Assembly: GCA_013239625.1 (NCBI GenBank)
Contig: MU056737.1
Coordinates: forward strand, 4,481,846-4,545,845
Length of the DNA: 64,000 nucleotides
Origin: Lama guanicoe
Taxonomy: Eukaryota
Reading direction: 5' to 3'
Both the position numbers and the translations under genes were made by a program. Below the pieces are notes generated by a model that had not been told where the DNA came from, did not search any database, and was given only the letters and a program-made list of their open reading frames with translations. Each line of letters opens with the position of its first letter. Position 1 is the first letter of the stretch. Positions 63,216 to 64,000 of the stretch are shown here, one piece after another.

Positions 63216-64000
63216 GGGGGCCCGGGGGGGGGGGGGGGGGGGGGGCAGGCCCGGGGCGCGTGCTCGGCAGTGGCCTGTGATGTGCTCAGCCTGGGGACTG
63301 TCCTTTTCTTCGCCTGCAGTGCCACCCAGGCGACCTGGCCCCCAGGAGGAGCCAGTCCGGAGCCAACCCTCCCCCGACCCGGCCCCGTTGGCTGGGCTGT
63401 GGTCTTGTCAGCAGCAATGCCCTAAAAAGCCAAACCATGAGAATCAGCATCACCAGATTTCCCTCCGACTCTACGAACCTGCGTCTTCGGATTTACCTGC
63501 TCTCCGGTTCCATCTGAGTGTCTCCGTGTCTCTATCTCGTTATTGTAACTCAGAATCAAAAACATTTTTTTGTTTCACATGGCACACCAAAAACAGCATC
63601 ATATGACTGTTCTTAATTTAAAAAGCATAAGAGAGGAATATTGCATAATTCTTTTAAAAAATGCAAAAAACTTAGAAACCATATTAAATTCTTTGAACTT
63701 CTGAGGTATCGCCAGACCCAGCACAGTGCCAGCCAACATCTCATACACGCTACTTGCCTTCGCCTTGGGAAGTAATTCGTTGGTAGCTAGAATCTCCAGG
63801 CTGTCAGGAATTGAAAAGTCACTCACCCGGACACTTTAAATTTCCCGCCAACCTGCCTCTGGGATGTCTTCCAGCCTGGCTGGACCTGCCCCAGTGCGGG
63901 GGGCAGAGAGACACTTCAGAGGGGCACCAGATGTGCACGGGGCGGAGGAGGCGGGAGGCGGTGGGAGGCGCGGGCCGTGGGGCTGCCCCGGGGTCCAGGC

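Larger units (their letters stand above)
8950..64000 (-). other. PTPRN2: PTPRN2 gene, 3' portion (intron 15 through 3'UTR); the 5' part lies beyond the right edge of the window
   Basis: Eight exons with AG/GT (one AG/GC) boundaries splice in frame and translate to the IA-2beta/phogrin PTP-like domain. Motifs such as NSHS-SDYINASPI, MDHDPR and NLYHIYEV match PTPRN2 rather than PTPRN, and the multi-kb introns fit PTPRN2. I saw no exon-15-like sequence in 53163-64000. Confidence 0.96.

Noticed and set aside
1-64000. Hundreds of 60-300 aa ORFs in the supplied six-frame track
   Set aside because: They are Pro/Arg/Gly/Ala-rich, overlap on both strands, show no recognisable domains, and many use non-ATG starts. 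This is expected in GC-rich intronic DNA. Only segments coinciding with PTPRN2 exons are supported.
53163-64000. Search for PTPRN2 exon 15 (YMEDHLKNKNRLEKEWEAL...)
   Set aside because: No matching sequence seen; it is presumably beyond the right edge. The 64-N gap appears too small to hold it.

Overview
GC-rich mammalian genomic DNA, most likely from a camelid because it carries two Vic-1-like tRNA-derived SINEs. The window holds the 3' end of PTPRN2 (IA-2beta/phogrin) on the minus strand. Eight coding exons (exons 16-23 by human numbering, recalled from memory) splice in frame into 704 nt that encode most of the PTP-like domain and the C-terminus (...YDHSRV...[18 protein letters not shown]...FWQ/MVWESG...YE/VNLVSE...FRR/KVNKCY...[11 protein letters not shown]...AK/GAKEID...QTK/EQFEF...QAFPQ*). 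A 3'UTR of about 1.5-1.7 kb follows, then about 9 kb of downstream intergenic DNA. The introns contain old L1, MIR, MLT and MER fragments and five assembly gaps. Almost all ORFs in the supplied track are chance ORFs in GC-rich non-coding DNA. I found no convincing new biological system. The best leads are: (i) the expected intronic miR-153-2 hairpin is missing from the called sequence, and a 132-N gap lies where it should be; (ii) a GC-AG intron splits the catalytic HCSDG motif; (iii) candidate neuroendocrine regulatory sites (a perfect RFX X-box palindrome, RE1/REST-like sites, and a CRE/E-box cluster upstream of the miRNA position); (iv) apparent lineage-specific substitutions in the WPD-loop region and C-terminal tail.
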